A stretch of DNA of 64,000 bases from contig JBBIRS010000001.1 of assembly GCA_037441675.1 (NCBI GenBank), positions 320,001-384,000 on the forward strand, written 5' to 3'. Shown here one piece after another: positions 49,284 through 59,152 of the stretch. Both the position numbers and the translations under genes were made by a program. Position 1 is the stretch's first letter, and each line of letters begins with the position of its first letter. The notes beneath the pieces are model-generated. The model ran no database searches. It worked only from the letters and a program-made list of their open reading frames with translations, and was not told the origin of the DNA. The DNA is from Planctomycetales bacterium (GTDB taxonomy: Bacteria; 4484-113).

Positions 49284-49822
49284 ATTTTTTTCTTCTGAGC
49301 CTCTCTTTTTGCCTTGCCTCGAAGAGCAGAAATTATAACAAACATTTTGTTTCCCACTAACGATTTGCTCTTCTGCTCAATCTGTCCATCCTCACTCAAA
49401 AGAGAAGATATCTTATCTAAAAGATTAATAGCCAAGCTATTCTCAAAAGTCTTTTCCCTTCCCCTAAGAACAAGATTGAACTTAACCTTGTTACCCCTTT
49501 CCAGAAACTTTTTCGCCTGCTTTATCTTTACTCCCAAGTCGTGGTCGCTAATTTTCAGACTCACGCCAATTTCCTTCAACTCGCCACCACTCTTGCTGGA
49601 GGGTTTCTTCTTGCTCTGTTCATAGCGCAGTTTTCCAAAGTCCATAATTCTGCAGACAGGCGGGTCAGTGACTGGATTAACTTCAACGAGGTCAAGCCCT
49701 TTATCCCACGCCTTTTTTAGTGCTTCTTCTAGGGGGAAAACATCAAGGTTCTTGCCGTCCTCGTCAATTAGCCTGACTTTCGGCGCGCGTATTTGGCGGT
49801 TGATTCTCAGCCCTTTACAAAT
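49280..49822 (-). CDS. infC: Translation initiation factor IF-3, non-ATG start
   Basis: Frame continues upstream of the listed ORF: ICKGLRINRQIRAPKVRLIDEDG...GLDLVEV..PPVCRIMDFGK. No in-frame ATG before the N-domain; start is ATT (49822) or CTG (49810). Confidence 0.93.
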   Translation of the reverse strand: MCKGLRINRQIRAPKVRLIDEDGKNLDVFPLEEALKKAWDKGLDLVEVNPVTDPPVCRIMDFGKLRYEQSKKKPSSKSGGELKEIGVSLKISDHDLGVKIKQAKKFLERGNKVKFNLVLRGREKTFENSLAINLLDKISSLLSEDGQIEQKSKSLVGNKMFVIISALRGKAKREAQKKKI

Positions 49823-49851
49823 GCCTCCTGCAGAACGTGTATCACTTCCAT
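49807..49851 (-). other. Putative 14-codon uORF (MEVIHVLQEAFVKG) overlapping the infC start
   Basis: GAGGGGG-taat-ATG just downstream of a TATAAT; its TGA overlaps the infC-frame CTG (CTGA). Confidence 0.45.
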
Positions 49852-50068
49852 ATTACCCCCTCATTATACATAGATATTTCGCTTCAATCAAGAGTGGTTA
49901 AAAGTTCTAAAATAAAAATCGCTGACAATGCGCTGATTCTCTCCAAACATATCACGCCCGTCCTCAGGCGTGTTATTCCTCTCCTCCCTACAGGTTGCCG
50001 ACCTCTTCCAACTACTATGTTCTCGCCCCAAGCTAAATTCCCCTCATGTTAAACACCCATCTTGCCAT

Positions 50069-50800
50069 CTATATCGAGCCAGTAACTGTAATCTTTCCCT
50101 CGCTCGCGAGGATATGTCGAACTGTTAAGTTCAGTTTCCTGCCAAGCATCTCCTCATTCATCTTCCACTCGCCTCCCTTCTCCTTGAAAAATTCTTCAAG
50201 ATCAAAGAGTGGATTAATCTCTCTTTCAAGAATGCGGTCAATTGCCGCAGGCACTTTTACACCCACAAATCTCACCTCGGTGATACGGTAATTCAAGGTC
50301 TTCTTATTCTCATAAGAAACATAACCGCTAACGGTAAATGGCACTTTAATGATGCCCAATTGATACTTGCCCGAGATTTCTATCTGTCCGCCTTTAATTG
50401 TTACTTGCGGATCTAAAATATTAGAGACCTTTGCGTGAAGCCCCTCTGCAAGGTCATTCTGCCGAACGATAAAACGGTATGTAATATCTCCCACCTTCTT
50501 AATCTTCGCCTCACCCGAAATGGCAGACTTCAACAGGTTAACGCGAACGTCCTTAACGGAAAAAACAACTTCATCCATTAACACCGGCTCCACGTAGAAT
50601 TCATCAAAAGTGAAGTCCATTGATGCAATTTTTCCATTTATGAGCAGGGAGCCTGGATTTGAGTGAACTTCAACGCGCACATCCTTAACTCTCTCGCCAA
50701 GTTCATTCTTGAGCGCCTCCTCAACCTTTCCTTCAAGGTTGCCACCACCGGAGATTACCGTTCCAAGAACGCTAATTATGAGAGTAATTAATTTGCGCAT
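50069..50800 (-). CDS. LmeA/DUF2993-like membrane-anchored protein
   Basis: N-terminal hydrophobic anchor; 'VRVEVH...LINGKI', beta-rich body, 'GKITVTG' C-terminus. Confidence 0.6.
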   Translation of the reverse strand: MRKLITLIISVLGTVISGGGNLEGKVEEALKNELGERVKDVRVEVHSNPGSLLINGKIASMDFTFDEFYVEPVLMDEVVFSVKDVRVNLLKSAISGEAKIKKVGDITYRFIVRQNDLAEGLHAKVSNILDPQVTIKGGQIEISGKYQLGIIKVPFTVSGYVSYENKKTLNYRITEVRFVGVKVPAAIDRILEREINPLFDLEEFFKEKGGEWKMNEEMLGRKLNLTVRHILASEGKITVTGSI

Positions 50801-50983
50801 ATATCAAAATAATATCACCAAGACGAAGATTGAAATGCGGAAAGTACAAGCTCGGTCAGTCTTTGGTAACATTAACTTGCCTGATGAATTGAATCTTTAT
50901 TCTTTAGTTTGCCTTAGACAGTATAATTCTAATTGCATCGAAGAAATTCTATTTATTAACACTTTCATATCCGGAGGGAGAAA

Positions 50984-51778
50984 TTGGATTATTCAAACTT
51001 TTTTAGAGTTGAATATGACAAGAAGTATCAGATTGTCCTCCTTACCATTTGCAAGGTTGGGGATAAGCACAAAACATTTGGAGTTGATTTCGTATTTGCC
51101 CTCAAGGATTTGCTTAGCCACTATGAGCTAAATCGTGAAGTAAAGGGGCTAATCTTAACATCCGAAGGAGACAAGGTGTTTTCAACCGGCGCGGACATCT
51201 CAGGAGTTTTTCCAGATCTTGATAGTTTCTCAGCCAGAGACTTTTCTCACTATGGTCAGCAAGTCTTCCAAATGTTAGCGCGCGCGCCTTATATCACCCT
51301 CGCCGCGATAAACGGTTTCGCCTTAGGTGGTGGTTTGGAGATATGCCTAGCCTGCGATTTTAGAATAGCTAGCAAAAAGGCAAGGTTGGGACTTCCTGAG
51401 ATAAACCTTGGCTTGATGCCGGGCTGGGGAGGAACGCAAAGGTTGCCCAGGCTCATAGGGCTAGAGAAAGCTTTGTATATGATACTTACCGGCGAGACAA
51501 TTACCGCGGAAAAGGCTCTAGAATGGGGCTTAATATCTATGGTCACGGAGCCGAATGAGCTTGTTAACGAGAGCAAGAAGTTTCTTGCTCGGCTTACCGA
51601 AAAGAGCGGAAAGGCATTAAGAATAGCAAAGAGAGCGATTATTCAAGGACTAATGGGCTCATTGGATGAAGGATTGGCGCTGGAAAATGAACTCTTCGGT
51701 CTTTTATGGAATTCTCCAGACCGTGAAGAGGGCGTTAAAGCTTATCTTGAGAAGAGAAAACCCCGCTTCACAACGTAA
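50984..51778 (+). CDS. Enoyl-CoA hydratase/isomerase (crotonase family)
   Basis: 'FSTGADI', 'AAINGFALGGGLE', 'GLPEINLGLMPGWGGTQRLPRLIG', 'AYLEKRKP'. TTG start with GGAGGGAG. Confidence 0.93.
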   Translation: MDYSNFFRVEYDKKYQIVLLTICKVGDKHKTFGVDFVFALKDLLSHYELNREVKGLILTSEGDKVFSTGADISGVFPDLDSFSARDFSHYGQQVFQMLARAPYITLAAINGFALGGGLEICLACDFRIASKKARLGLPEINLGLMPGWGGTQRLPRLIGLEKALYMILTGETITAEKALEWGLISMVTEPNELVNESKKFLARLTEKSGKALRIAKRAIIQGLMGSLDEGLALENELFGLLWNSPDREEGVKAYLEKRKPRFTT

Positions 51779-51816
51779 AGATATCAGAGTGTTCATTTCT
51801 CTTTTAGTTTTCAAGT

Positions 51817-52785
51817 ATGCCAACTTGGTTTATAACTGGCATTGATGAGCTAGTCATAGCTGAAAAGGTTTATTCAATCTGCAAAGGCATTGAAGTGACC
51901 AGCTTTTACGCCAATGAGGTTGACCTCTCTTCCCTTACATCCAGGCTCTCAAGCGCCAACCTCTTCTCCTTAGAAGAGGCTTATTGGATAAAAGAAGTTA
52001 ATCGGTTAAGTTTCAACAAAAGGACAGAGAAGTCGCTTAGGGAGCTTATCAGTTCTGCGCCCACTTCAACAATATTAATATTCTCACAGGAGCTTTACTT
52101 TGATGGGGAGTATGTTGAAAGTAAGAAGTTTGAGGAAGGAACGCTTGCCAAGTTGCTTAAAGAACTAGCCGATCACTTTGTGGACATTCCGTATAGCCCC
52201 TTCGCTGTGAACAGGTGGGCTGAGCAAAGGGCATTGAACAGGTACGCTCTACTGCTATCTAAAAATCAGGTGGAGAAGATTGTGTCTATGAGCAGAGAAC
52301 TTCCATCCTTGATTGATAGCGAGCTTAGAAAGTTAGCACTGTTAAAGACAAGAGCTGAACTAGAAAGAGTGCCGGATGAATGGTTTGAGCGAATTGTCAC
52401 AAAAACGATCGGGAATGAACTGAACGAAATTCGGGAGATGATTCTAGAGAAAAATATGAGTGCGATTTACCTCCTATTTGAGGTATACAAGAGAGAGCCG
52501 ATAGGACCAGCTCTATTAAGTGAGCTTCACAGGAGTCTGGAAACAATTTATAAGCTTAAGACTGAGGAAGGAATGGGCGCTGTAAAAGGCAAAAGCGAAA
52601 CCAGAAAGATGGCACACTTAAGAAGCATGGCAAAGAGATGGACGCTAGAAGATGTTATCAAAGCTATGCGAATAATCACGGAGACTTTATTTAAGCAAAG
52701 AACTGGTAGAGTTGCGGGCAAAAGTCCAGATGAAGCCCAGCGAAACTCTCTCGCAATACTCATTAAGCAGATCGCTAACCTTTAA
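51817..52785 (+). CDS. holA: Divergent DNA polymerase III delta subunit-like protein
   Basis: 'FITGIDE', 'SANLFS', 'IDSELRKLAL', C-terminal helix pattern, length about 320 aa. Confidence 0.6.
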   Translation: MPTWFITGIDELVIAEKVYSICKGIEVTSFYANEVDLSSLTSRLSSANLFSLEEAYWIKEVNRLSFNKRTEKSLRELISSAPTSTILIFSQELYFDGEYVESKKFEEGTLAKLLKELADHFVDIPYSPFAVNRWAEQRALNRYALLLSKNQVEKIVSMSRELPSLIDSELRKLALLKTRAELERVPDEWFERIVTKTIGNELNEIREMILEKNMSAIYLLFEVYKREPIGPALLSELHRSLETIYKLKTEEGMGAVKGKSETRKMAHLRSMAKRWTLEDVIKAMRIITETLFKQRTGRVAGKSPDEAQRNSLAILIKQIANL

Positions 52786-52849
52786 GATGCGCACTTCGAA
52801 GATTTATTTGCTGAAAAGGGGTAGAATTTATTTCTGAGGTGAAACAAAG

Positions 52850-53743
52850 ATGCGTTGGTGGATTTTATCTTTCATTGTTGCGCTTTTTATTTTAGCGATT
52901 GTGATACTTATGTTTTTCCTTCCTAAAAGGAAATTAAGTTATGAATACAAACCTGCGGGCTCAGGAAGTGTATCGCAGTTGGTTGAGCTTCCCTCAGAGC
53001 AGGAGAAGGGAACTCATGAACCAAAGGTTGAAAAGTCCGAGGAGGAAGCTCAAAAACAAGAAGAAGAGGTAGGAGAGGTCACTGAAGATAACACTAACGC
53101 GATAACTAAAGAGGCTGAAGAGAAGACAGAAGGCAGGGATGAGGGGCAGGAAAGTGGAGAAGAGGCATCAGAGGAAGATGGAAAATCTGAAGAGGAGAAA
53201 AGCTCCGAAGACTCAGAGGAAGAAAAGAGATTCATCCCTGCAAGTAGGCTCGGAGAAGAAACAACGAAGGTTGTATACGCGTCCTTTGAAACCACAAAAG
53301 GAACATTCATAATTGCCATCTATCCCGAGATTGCCCCAATTTCGGCGACCCATTTTATTGACCTAATCAGAGCTGGATTCTACGATGGAATTGTCATTCA
53401 CCGTTATGAACCGAACTTCGTCGTCCAAATGGGTCAGGTTACAGACGTGACCTCAAAGAAGTTTGAATTTACGAAGCAATCCATTCAAGATGAGCCGAAC
53501 ATTTCCGAGAATGTGCCTTACACAGTTTCATTCGCAAAATCCTATCAAGATGGACAACTGGTTCCCAATTCAGCGTCCACCCAATTCTTTATTAACCTGG
53601 GCGTGAATTCTCATCTTGACGAAGTTTTCACAGTATTGGGCCAGGTTATTCACGGCGCCAGTGTGGTTTTGAAACTAAGAGCTGGAGACCGTATCGGTTC
53701 AGCGCGAATTGTGGAATCCCCAGCTCTTCCCGTAAGCAGATGA
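52850..53743 (+). CDS. Membrane-anchored cyclophilin-type peptidyl-prolyl isomerase with acidic linker
   Basis: N-terminal TM, Glu-rich linker, 'ETTKG', 'FYDG..IHR..PNFVVQ.G', 'SASTQFFIN', 'HLD..FTVLGQV'. Confidence 0.9.
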   Translation: MRWWILSFIVALFILAIVILMFFLPKRKLSYEYKPAGSGSVSQLVELPSEQEKGTHEPKVEKSEEEAQKQEEEVGEVTEDNTNAITKEAEEKTEGRDEGQESGEEASEEDGKSEEEKSSEDSEEEKRFIPASRLGEETTKVVYASFETTKGTFIIAIYPEIAPISATHFIDLIRAGFYDGIVIHRYEPNFVVQMGQVTDVTSKKFEFTKQSIQDEPNISENVPYTVSFAKSYQDGQLVPNSASTQFFINLGVNSHLDEVFTVLGQVIHGASVVLKLRAGDRIGSARIVESPALPVSR

Positions 53744-54804
53744 CACCTATAAATGCGAAGAAGCCAGGTGAAGAGGACTTTCTCCGTATAGTCAGGAAGA
53801 TACTAAATGTTGAGAAAGAAACGGAGCTAAATCTAGCAGGAACAACTGATGACGCCTCTCTTCTGCCAATCTCAAGGCTGACAACCCTTCTTCCTAGCAA
53901 GTGGCAACTCTCCTCAAGCGCCAAAGATACGCTTCTCGTTGCGACGCAGGATGGAATGATTGAGGGAGTTCACTTCACGCTTTCATATATGAGTTCCGCT
54001 GATGCAGTCTGTAGATGCGTTCTAGCAAATATTTCAGATTTATCCGCAATGGGAGCAGTCCCGTTAGGCGCGCTGATAAACATCGGTCTGCCCAAAAAGC
54101 TAGCAAGCGAAGAATCAATTGGCAGAATATCCCAAAGCCTGAAACGACTCTCTCATAGATTATCCTTCACGGTTCTTGGTGGAGACTTAATCTCCGCCAA
54201 AGCCTTAACCGTTAGCGTCGCTATGCTTGGACTTGTGGAAAGGACGCACGTTTTGAGAAGAAGGGGAGCGAAAGTGGGCGATGGGCTTTTTCTGAGTGAT
54301 GCTCTTGGCTTATCCTCTCTAGGATTGCGCATCCTTAGAACTGCGAATAAACTTTCCAGTGATACTAAAGCCCGCTTTCAATCCGCAATTCGGCGTTACA
54401 TTCAACCACCTATTAGAATTGAGTTTAGTAGAGCGCTCGCATTAAAAGGTATAGCTACATCCTGTATTGACCTCTCCGATTCTCTGAGCAAGTCTATCCT
54501 TCTTCTCTCCGAGAGTTCCCAAGTTGGCTTTGAGCTTTGGTTTGAGAAAGATGTGCTCCATCCGTTGGTTTATAGCTACCACGGAGCCATATCTCAAACC
54601 CAAAGACGTAATCTCCTTCTCTCCGCCGAAGAGGATTTTGAGTTGCTCTTTACCGCCAATGAGAATGGCATATCCAAGCTTCCGCCCGCCTTCAGGAAAA
54701 GAGTGATAAAAATTGGACGAGCCATACCAAAAAAGGATGGCGTTTTCGTCGCGCAGAATGGGAAAAAAGTTTTAATTAAAGAAATCGGTTATAGGCACTT
54801 TTAA
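53740..54804 (+). CDS. thiL: Thiamine-monophosphate kinase
   Basis: 'DDAS', 'EGVHF', 'NISDLSAMGAVP', 'GGD', 'IDLSD', 'EDFELLFT'. Confidence 0.88.
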   Translation: MTPINAKKPGEEDFLRIVRKILNVEKETELNLAGTTDDASLLPISRLTTLLPSKWQLSSSAKDTLLVATQDGMIEGVHFTLSYMSSADAVCRCVLANISDLSAMGAVPLGALINIGLPKKLASEESIGRISQSLKRLSHRLSFTVLGGDLISAKALTVSVAMLGLVERTHVLRRRGAKVGDGLFLSDALGLSSLGLRILRTANKLSSDTKARFQSAIRRYIQPPIRIEFSRALALKGIATSCIDLSDSLSKSILLLSESSQVGFELWFEKDVLHPLVYSYHGAISQTQRRNLLLSAEEDFELLFTANENGISKLPPAFRKRVIKIGRAIPKKDGVFVAQNGKKVLIKEIGYRHF

Positions 54805-54830
54805 TTGAGTAAGCCAAAGTGGCTAATATC

Positions 54831-57269
54831 TTACTTTGAAATCTTCTCGCCCAAATAAACTTTTCTTAGTCTTTCAGAGAATCTATCAGCGGAAAAAACC
54901 TTTTGACTAATGACTTTTTCATAATCTCTTAGGGTAATTCCAAGCTGGGAATATAGCTTAGTTAACACATCAAGAAGTATCTCATCCACCTCTTCTCCCA
55001 CGAGGGTTCTATCAGAAGCCTGAAAAGTTAATCTAACTGCCACGCTCTTCATTCCCGGTGGAACTTGCTTGCCAAAGTAAACGTCAAAGGGTTTTGCGCT
55101 TAGTAGAAACTCGCCACCAGATTCAGATATCGCGCTTAGAACTTTTTCAATTTCCATGCCTGCTGGCAGAAGAAGAGTAATATCTCTAAGAGTTGGCGGA
55201 AACACTGAAAAGCTTTTAACTTCAACGACATCTTTGGCATAGGCAGCAAGCGCATTTATGGATAACTCCAGATAAGCTAGCTTTTTCTCCACGCGCTCCG
55301 CGTTAGTGATCTCATTGCAAACCTCGCCGAGAAAGCCCGCCAATTCCCATTTCTCGTTAGCTTGAATGTTTACCGCAAAACTAAGTTTTTCATCAAGAAA
55401 AGGAACAAAGATGCGAGCAAGCTTAAAATTAGTGATACCCAACCTTTGCATTAGCAGGCTCAACACGCCCTTGAGCATGAAAAACGGGTGCTTATGCCTG
55501 AAGTCATCTGAGAACATTGCTGGAAGGCTAAAGTCCTCTCCATATATTATGCCTAAGGTATTCTGCTCATACAAGCTCCTATCCCCAGAGTTCAGTTCAT
55601 GAGCGTAGCGAGAATTAAATTTCCTTGGAGAGAAAATCCTGCCAATTTCAAAGAAGAGTTGCGGAGTTTCAAGGTAACTCAAATTTCTCACCACAGCATC
55701 AATCAAAGGAGGCAAAAGGCTCGGAAGCAAGTATGCCTGGTCAGATGTGTCGGGATTCTGAATTGGCACAAGCTCCTCCGATGTGAATTTATAGGTTCTA
55801 CTTTTCTCCTCGCTTAAGAATGCGTAGCTTATGGTTTGCTGTCCGCCAATACTGACAAGGATTTCCTCCAAACGCCGTTCAAATGCGAAGATTTCGTCCT
55901 GTTCCGCGCTCTTTAATGGAATTATTAACTCCCTTGGCTCTATTGCGTCAAATAGATTTACCCGCAGTACATCCTCCGCAATATCTTCCTTAATTGCCAA
56001 ATCCCCGCGCCAGGATGGCGGAATGGCAACATAACCATCTCCCTGCGCTTCAGTTTTTACTCCGAGAAGCTTTAGTGTGCTCAGGATATTCTCCTCATCG
56101 TAACTCGTGCCCAAAAATGAATTGATGAACTGAGGCGTGAAGTAAATTCCCAATGGCCTTCCCTTATAAAGATTTGCGTCAACGAAACTTCCCTGAACAA
56201 AGTTTCCTGCGCCAATCTTCTCCGCTAGATAAAGAAACCTTTTTGCGGCAAAGGGAGGCATTTCAGGGTCAGTCCCTCTGCCGAAGCGAAGTGAACTTTC
56301 ACTCATCAAGCCAAGCCTTTTGCATTCAACGCGAATATTTTCAGGTGTAAAGTAAGCGCTCTCCAAGAGGACTGATGAAGTCGCATCACTAATTTCAGTC
56401 TCAAGCCCACCCATAACCCCGCCGATTGCTACGGCTTTTTCCTTATCCGCTATGACGAGCATTGATTCGTCCAGAGTATACTCAACATGGTTAATGGCGG
56501 TAAATTTCTCTCCCTTCCTGGCGTTTCGGACGATAATGCCTTTGATTAAACGCTCGCGGTCAAACGTATGCTGAGGCTGACCAAGCTCAAAGAGAACGTA
56601 GTTACTCAGATCCACGATGTTGCTTATTGGTGTAACTCCACAAAGGCTAAGGCGGTGAATAAGCCAATCGGGGGAAGGGCAAATTTTGCTCACGTTAAAA
56701 TAGGCGCCAACGTAACGAGGGCATAACTCAACATTTTCTAAAGTAATTGATGGCTTGTCATCTCCATCACCCTGAGCATCAAGAACCTCTGGCATTCTAA
56801 GCTCCCCGCTAGTAGCGACACAGACTTCCCTTGCGATGCCGAGATGGCTTAAGAGATCCCCACGATTGCTGACAACAGCGAAATCAATAACCGCATCAGC
56901 GAAGAACTCCTTCTCGCTCATTCCCGCAGGCTTCACAAGCGGAAAGCGCACCGGTGATAGCTTCAGTTCCTCAAGGGTTGGTATTTCATTTTCGTCTTTT
57001 TTCACAAGGACGGTAAGTCCTATCGGAATGAGCTTGCATTTTGAGACTGCCTTTTCTCTTTCTCCTGCGCGGGCAATCTCATAAACCCCGAACCCTTCCT
57101 TCTCATCGAGCAATGCAAGAATTTCAGCAAACTCAAAGCCCTCTCTAAGGGCATCAAGCTTTCCGATAGTTTCCGCCTCAATTCCTCGCTCAGTAAGAGC
57201 GCGGGCGAGCTCCTCCGCGGAAACATTCACATCAACAAACTCTTTCAACCACGAAAAAAGAATCCGCAC
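54831..57269 (-). CDS. pheT: Phenylalanine--tRNA ligase beta subunit
   Basis: 'SWLKEFV', 'NRGDLLSHLGIARE', 'NIVDLSNYV..ELGQP.H.FD', 'PSWRGDL', 'FEIGRIF', 'FDVY.G'. Confidence 0.95.
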   Translation of the reverse strand: MRILFSWLKEFVDVNVSAEELARALTERGIEAETIGKLDALREGFEFAEILALLDEKEGFGVYEIARAGEREKAVSKCKLIPIGLTVLVKKDENEIPTLEELKLSPVRFPLVKPAGMSEKEFFADAVIDFAVVSNRGDLLSHLGIAREVCVATSGELRMPEVLDAQGDGDDKPSITLENVELCPRYVGAYFNVSKICPSPDWLIHRLSLCGVTPISNIVDLSNYVLFELGQPQHTFDRERLIKGIIVRNARKGEKFTAINHVEYTLDESMLVIADKEKAVAIGGVMGGLETEISDATSSVLLESAYFTPENIRVECKRLGLMSESSLRFGRGTDPEMPPFAAKRFLYLAEKIGAGNFVQGSFVDANLYKGRPLGIYFTPQFINSFLGTSYDEENILSTLKLLGVKTEAQGDGYVAIPPSWRGDLAIKEDIAEDVLRVNLFDAIEPRELIIPLKSAEQDEIFAFERRLEEILVSIGGQQTISYAFLSEEKSRTYKFTSEELVPIQNPDTSDQAYLLPSLLPPLIDAVVRNLSYLETPQLFFEIGRIFSPRKFNSRYAHELNSGDRSLYEQNTLGIIYGEDFSLPAMFSDDFRHKHPFFMLKGVLSLLMQRLGITNFKLARIFVPFLDEKLSFAVNIQANEKWELAGFLGEVCNEITNAERVEKKLAYLELSINALAAYAKDVVEVKSFSVFPPTLRDITLLLPAGMEIEKVLSAISESGGEFLLSAKPFDVYFGKQVPPGMKSVAVRLTFQASDRTLVGEEVDEILLDVLTKLYSQLGITLRDYEKVISQKVFSADRFSERLRKVYLGEKISK

Positions 57270-57373
57270 TTCCTATTCTCCAACGGTGATTATAGCAGGG
57301 GATGATACCACGAAAAGTAATCATTATCTAACTATCCAAGACTTATGATAGAATGCTTGCCAAAAGTAAAACT

Positions 57374-58454
57374 ATGCGCAAAATTGACCCAAAATACGAA
57401 ACCGCATTCAGAAACTACGTAACTTCTCTGAATCACAATCTAGCTACGGGAGATGCGACTGAACGAACACACCGTTTAACTCTGATGGAACTTATTAAGT
57501 CTCTCCAGCCCGGACTTACCTTAATTCAGGAGGATGTTACTACCCGACTTGGACGAGGAGAAGTTCGCGGATATGTATGCGCAAACGCTCACCTATGGGA
57601 TATTCGCCGCACGAGTGTGGCACAGCAATGCACCTAAAGAAAAGTTCAACTTTCGTTCCTCAGTTGACTTCATACTTTAGAGCAATCCGTTTCTCAAGGA
57701 AATATTCTCCTTAGGCTCGCTTCCTACGTGAAGGAAAGGCTGATTCCTAGGATATTCGGTTTTGAGCTTTTAATGGCACCTCATACAATTTGTCACTTGA
57801 AGTTAAGCCTACCACTTGCGGAGCTTGGATACGAATTCTTATGTAGGGAGCGCCTCAATATCTTCCTTATTAATACCCTTGTTCCAGGGATACCTCACAT
57901 CAAGGGTGAAGCCGGCCTCATGCTTGATTATGCGAACAAGATAAAAGAGGGATCAAGGGCTGCAGTTAACGTTAAGAGGGAGAGGCCAATCCTTGTAGTG
58001 ATGGGGAATCCCCCTTATTCGGGTCTTTCAGCAAACAAGAACAAGGGAAAACAGTGCAGGTGGATCGAGGATTTTCTGAAAGGAAAGGTTGCGGATGTTA
58101 CATTTACGGCAACCTACTATGATGTTGATGGTATCCCCCCTAGGAGAAAAGAAGGTTTGGCTTCAGGATGACTACGTCAAATTCATCCGCTTTGCGCAGT
58201 GGAGAATTGAGAAAAATGGTTATGGAATTGTGGGGATGATAACGAATCATAGTTGGCTAGATAATCCAACATTTCGCGGAATGCGCGAAAAGCTGTTGAA
58301 AGCCTTTGACAAAATATATGTGCTAGACCTTCATGGAAACGTTAAAAAGGAGGAAAGAGCGCCAGATGGCAGTAAGGACGAGAATGTCTTTGACATTCAA
58401 CAGGGAGTTGCGATTAGTTTGATGGTTAAGAAAGGTTCGGGAAATGAGGATTGA
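57374..58454 (+). pseudogene. Fragmented type IIG/ISP-like restriction-modification enzyme (N6-adenine methyltransferase)
   Basis: Successive fragments in different frames: 'TGDATERTHR', 'LPDLDEEKFADMYAQTLTYGIFAAR', 'NPFL', 'PRIFGFELLMAP', 'GNPPYSG', 'WLQDDYVKFIRFAQ', 'LDLHGN..PDGSKDENVFDIQQGVAI'. Internal TAG, frameshifts, no motif I. Confidence 0.82.
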
Positions 58455-59013
58455 TATGAAGAGAGTAGCGTTTTGCGATATTTTGGGGTTTAGGAACTTA
58501 CTTACTTCAGCTCAGGCTGAGGAAATAGTAAAGGACATGAAAGAGAGGTTTGGTAAATGCCTACACAATGCTATATTTCATTCATCTGAACCGCCTAAAC
58601 TTGAATCATTGAGGTCTTTTCAAAACGATTCGCAAGTTGGGGTGGCGTGGTTCTCGGATTCCTTTGTAATTTATGCAAAGAATGATTCTTTAGAGGCCTC
58701 AAGACGTGTAATGGAATGTGCAAATTGGCTCATTTTTAGAACCCTTTTCCGGAGCATGTTTCGATTAAGAGTGGGAATTGCCCACGGCGAACTAATCGTC
58801 GATGAGGAAGCGTTTATATTAGTGGGGAGGGCACTTGTTGATGCTTGCGAACTTTGTGGGAAGCAACAATGGATGGGTGGTGCGCTTCACGGCTTTGCTT
58901 GCAAAGTTGTTGAAACGGTTATGCCAAGTATATATGAGTTACCTATCGAAAAGATTTCTGCCAATTGGCACGTAGTACCATGCCACGTACCGGTAAAGAA
59001 AGAGAAAAGGTGA
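58444..59013 (+). CDS. Class III nucleotidyl-cyclase-like (palm-fold) protein, possibly truncated
   Basis: 'AFCDILGF', 'FSDS', 'LRVGIAHGE', 'VGRALVDA..L'. Probable start MKRVAF at 58456. Confidence 0.65.
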   Translation: MRIDMKRVAFCDILGFRNLLTSAQAEEIVKDMKERFGKCLHNAIFHSSEPPKLESLRSFQNDSQVGVAWFSDSFVIYAKNDSLEASRRVMECANWLIFRTLFRSMFRLRVGIAHGELIVDEEAFILVGRALVDACELCGKQQWMGGALHGFACKVVETVMPSIYELPIEKISANWHVVPCHVPVKKEKR

Positions 59014-59132
59014 AGAAGAAGCTCACATACGAAGAGATAGAAACCTACTGCAAGATAGTCACTGCGATGGACGAGACGATAAAGATAATGAGGAGGAGAG
59101 ACGAAGCTATCCCAAGTTGGCCTGTGGAGTAG
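59010..59132 (+). pseudogene. C-terminal remnant of the same restriction-modification enzyme
   Basis: Translates 'KKLTYEEIETYCKIVTAMDETIKIM...AIPSWPVE*', matching my recollection of the usual C-terminus of this family. Confidence 0.65.
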
Positions 59133-59152
59133 ATAATTACGCAAACGTTCGC

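Noticed and set aside
52990..53230. Purine-rich repetitive stretch in the cyclophilin gene
   Set aside because: Explained by a Glu/Lys-rich low-complexity linker.
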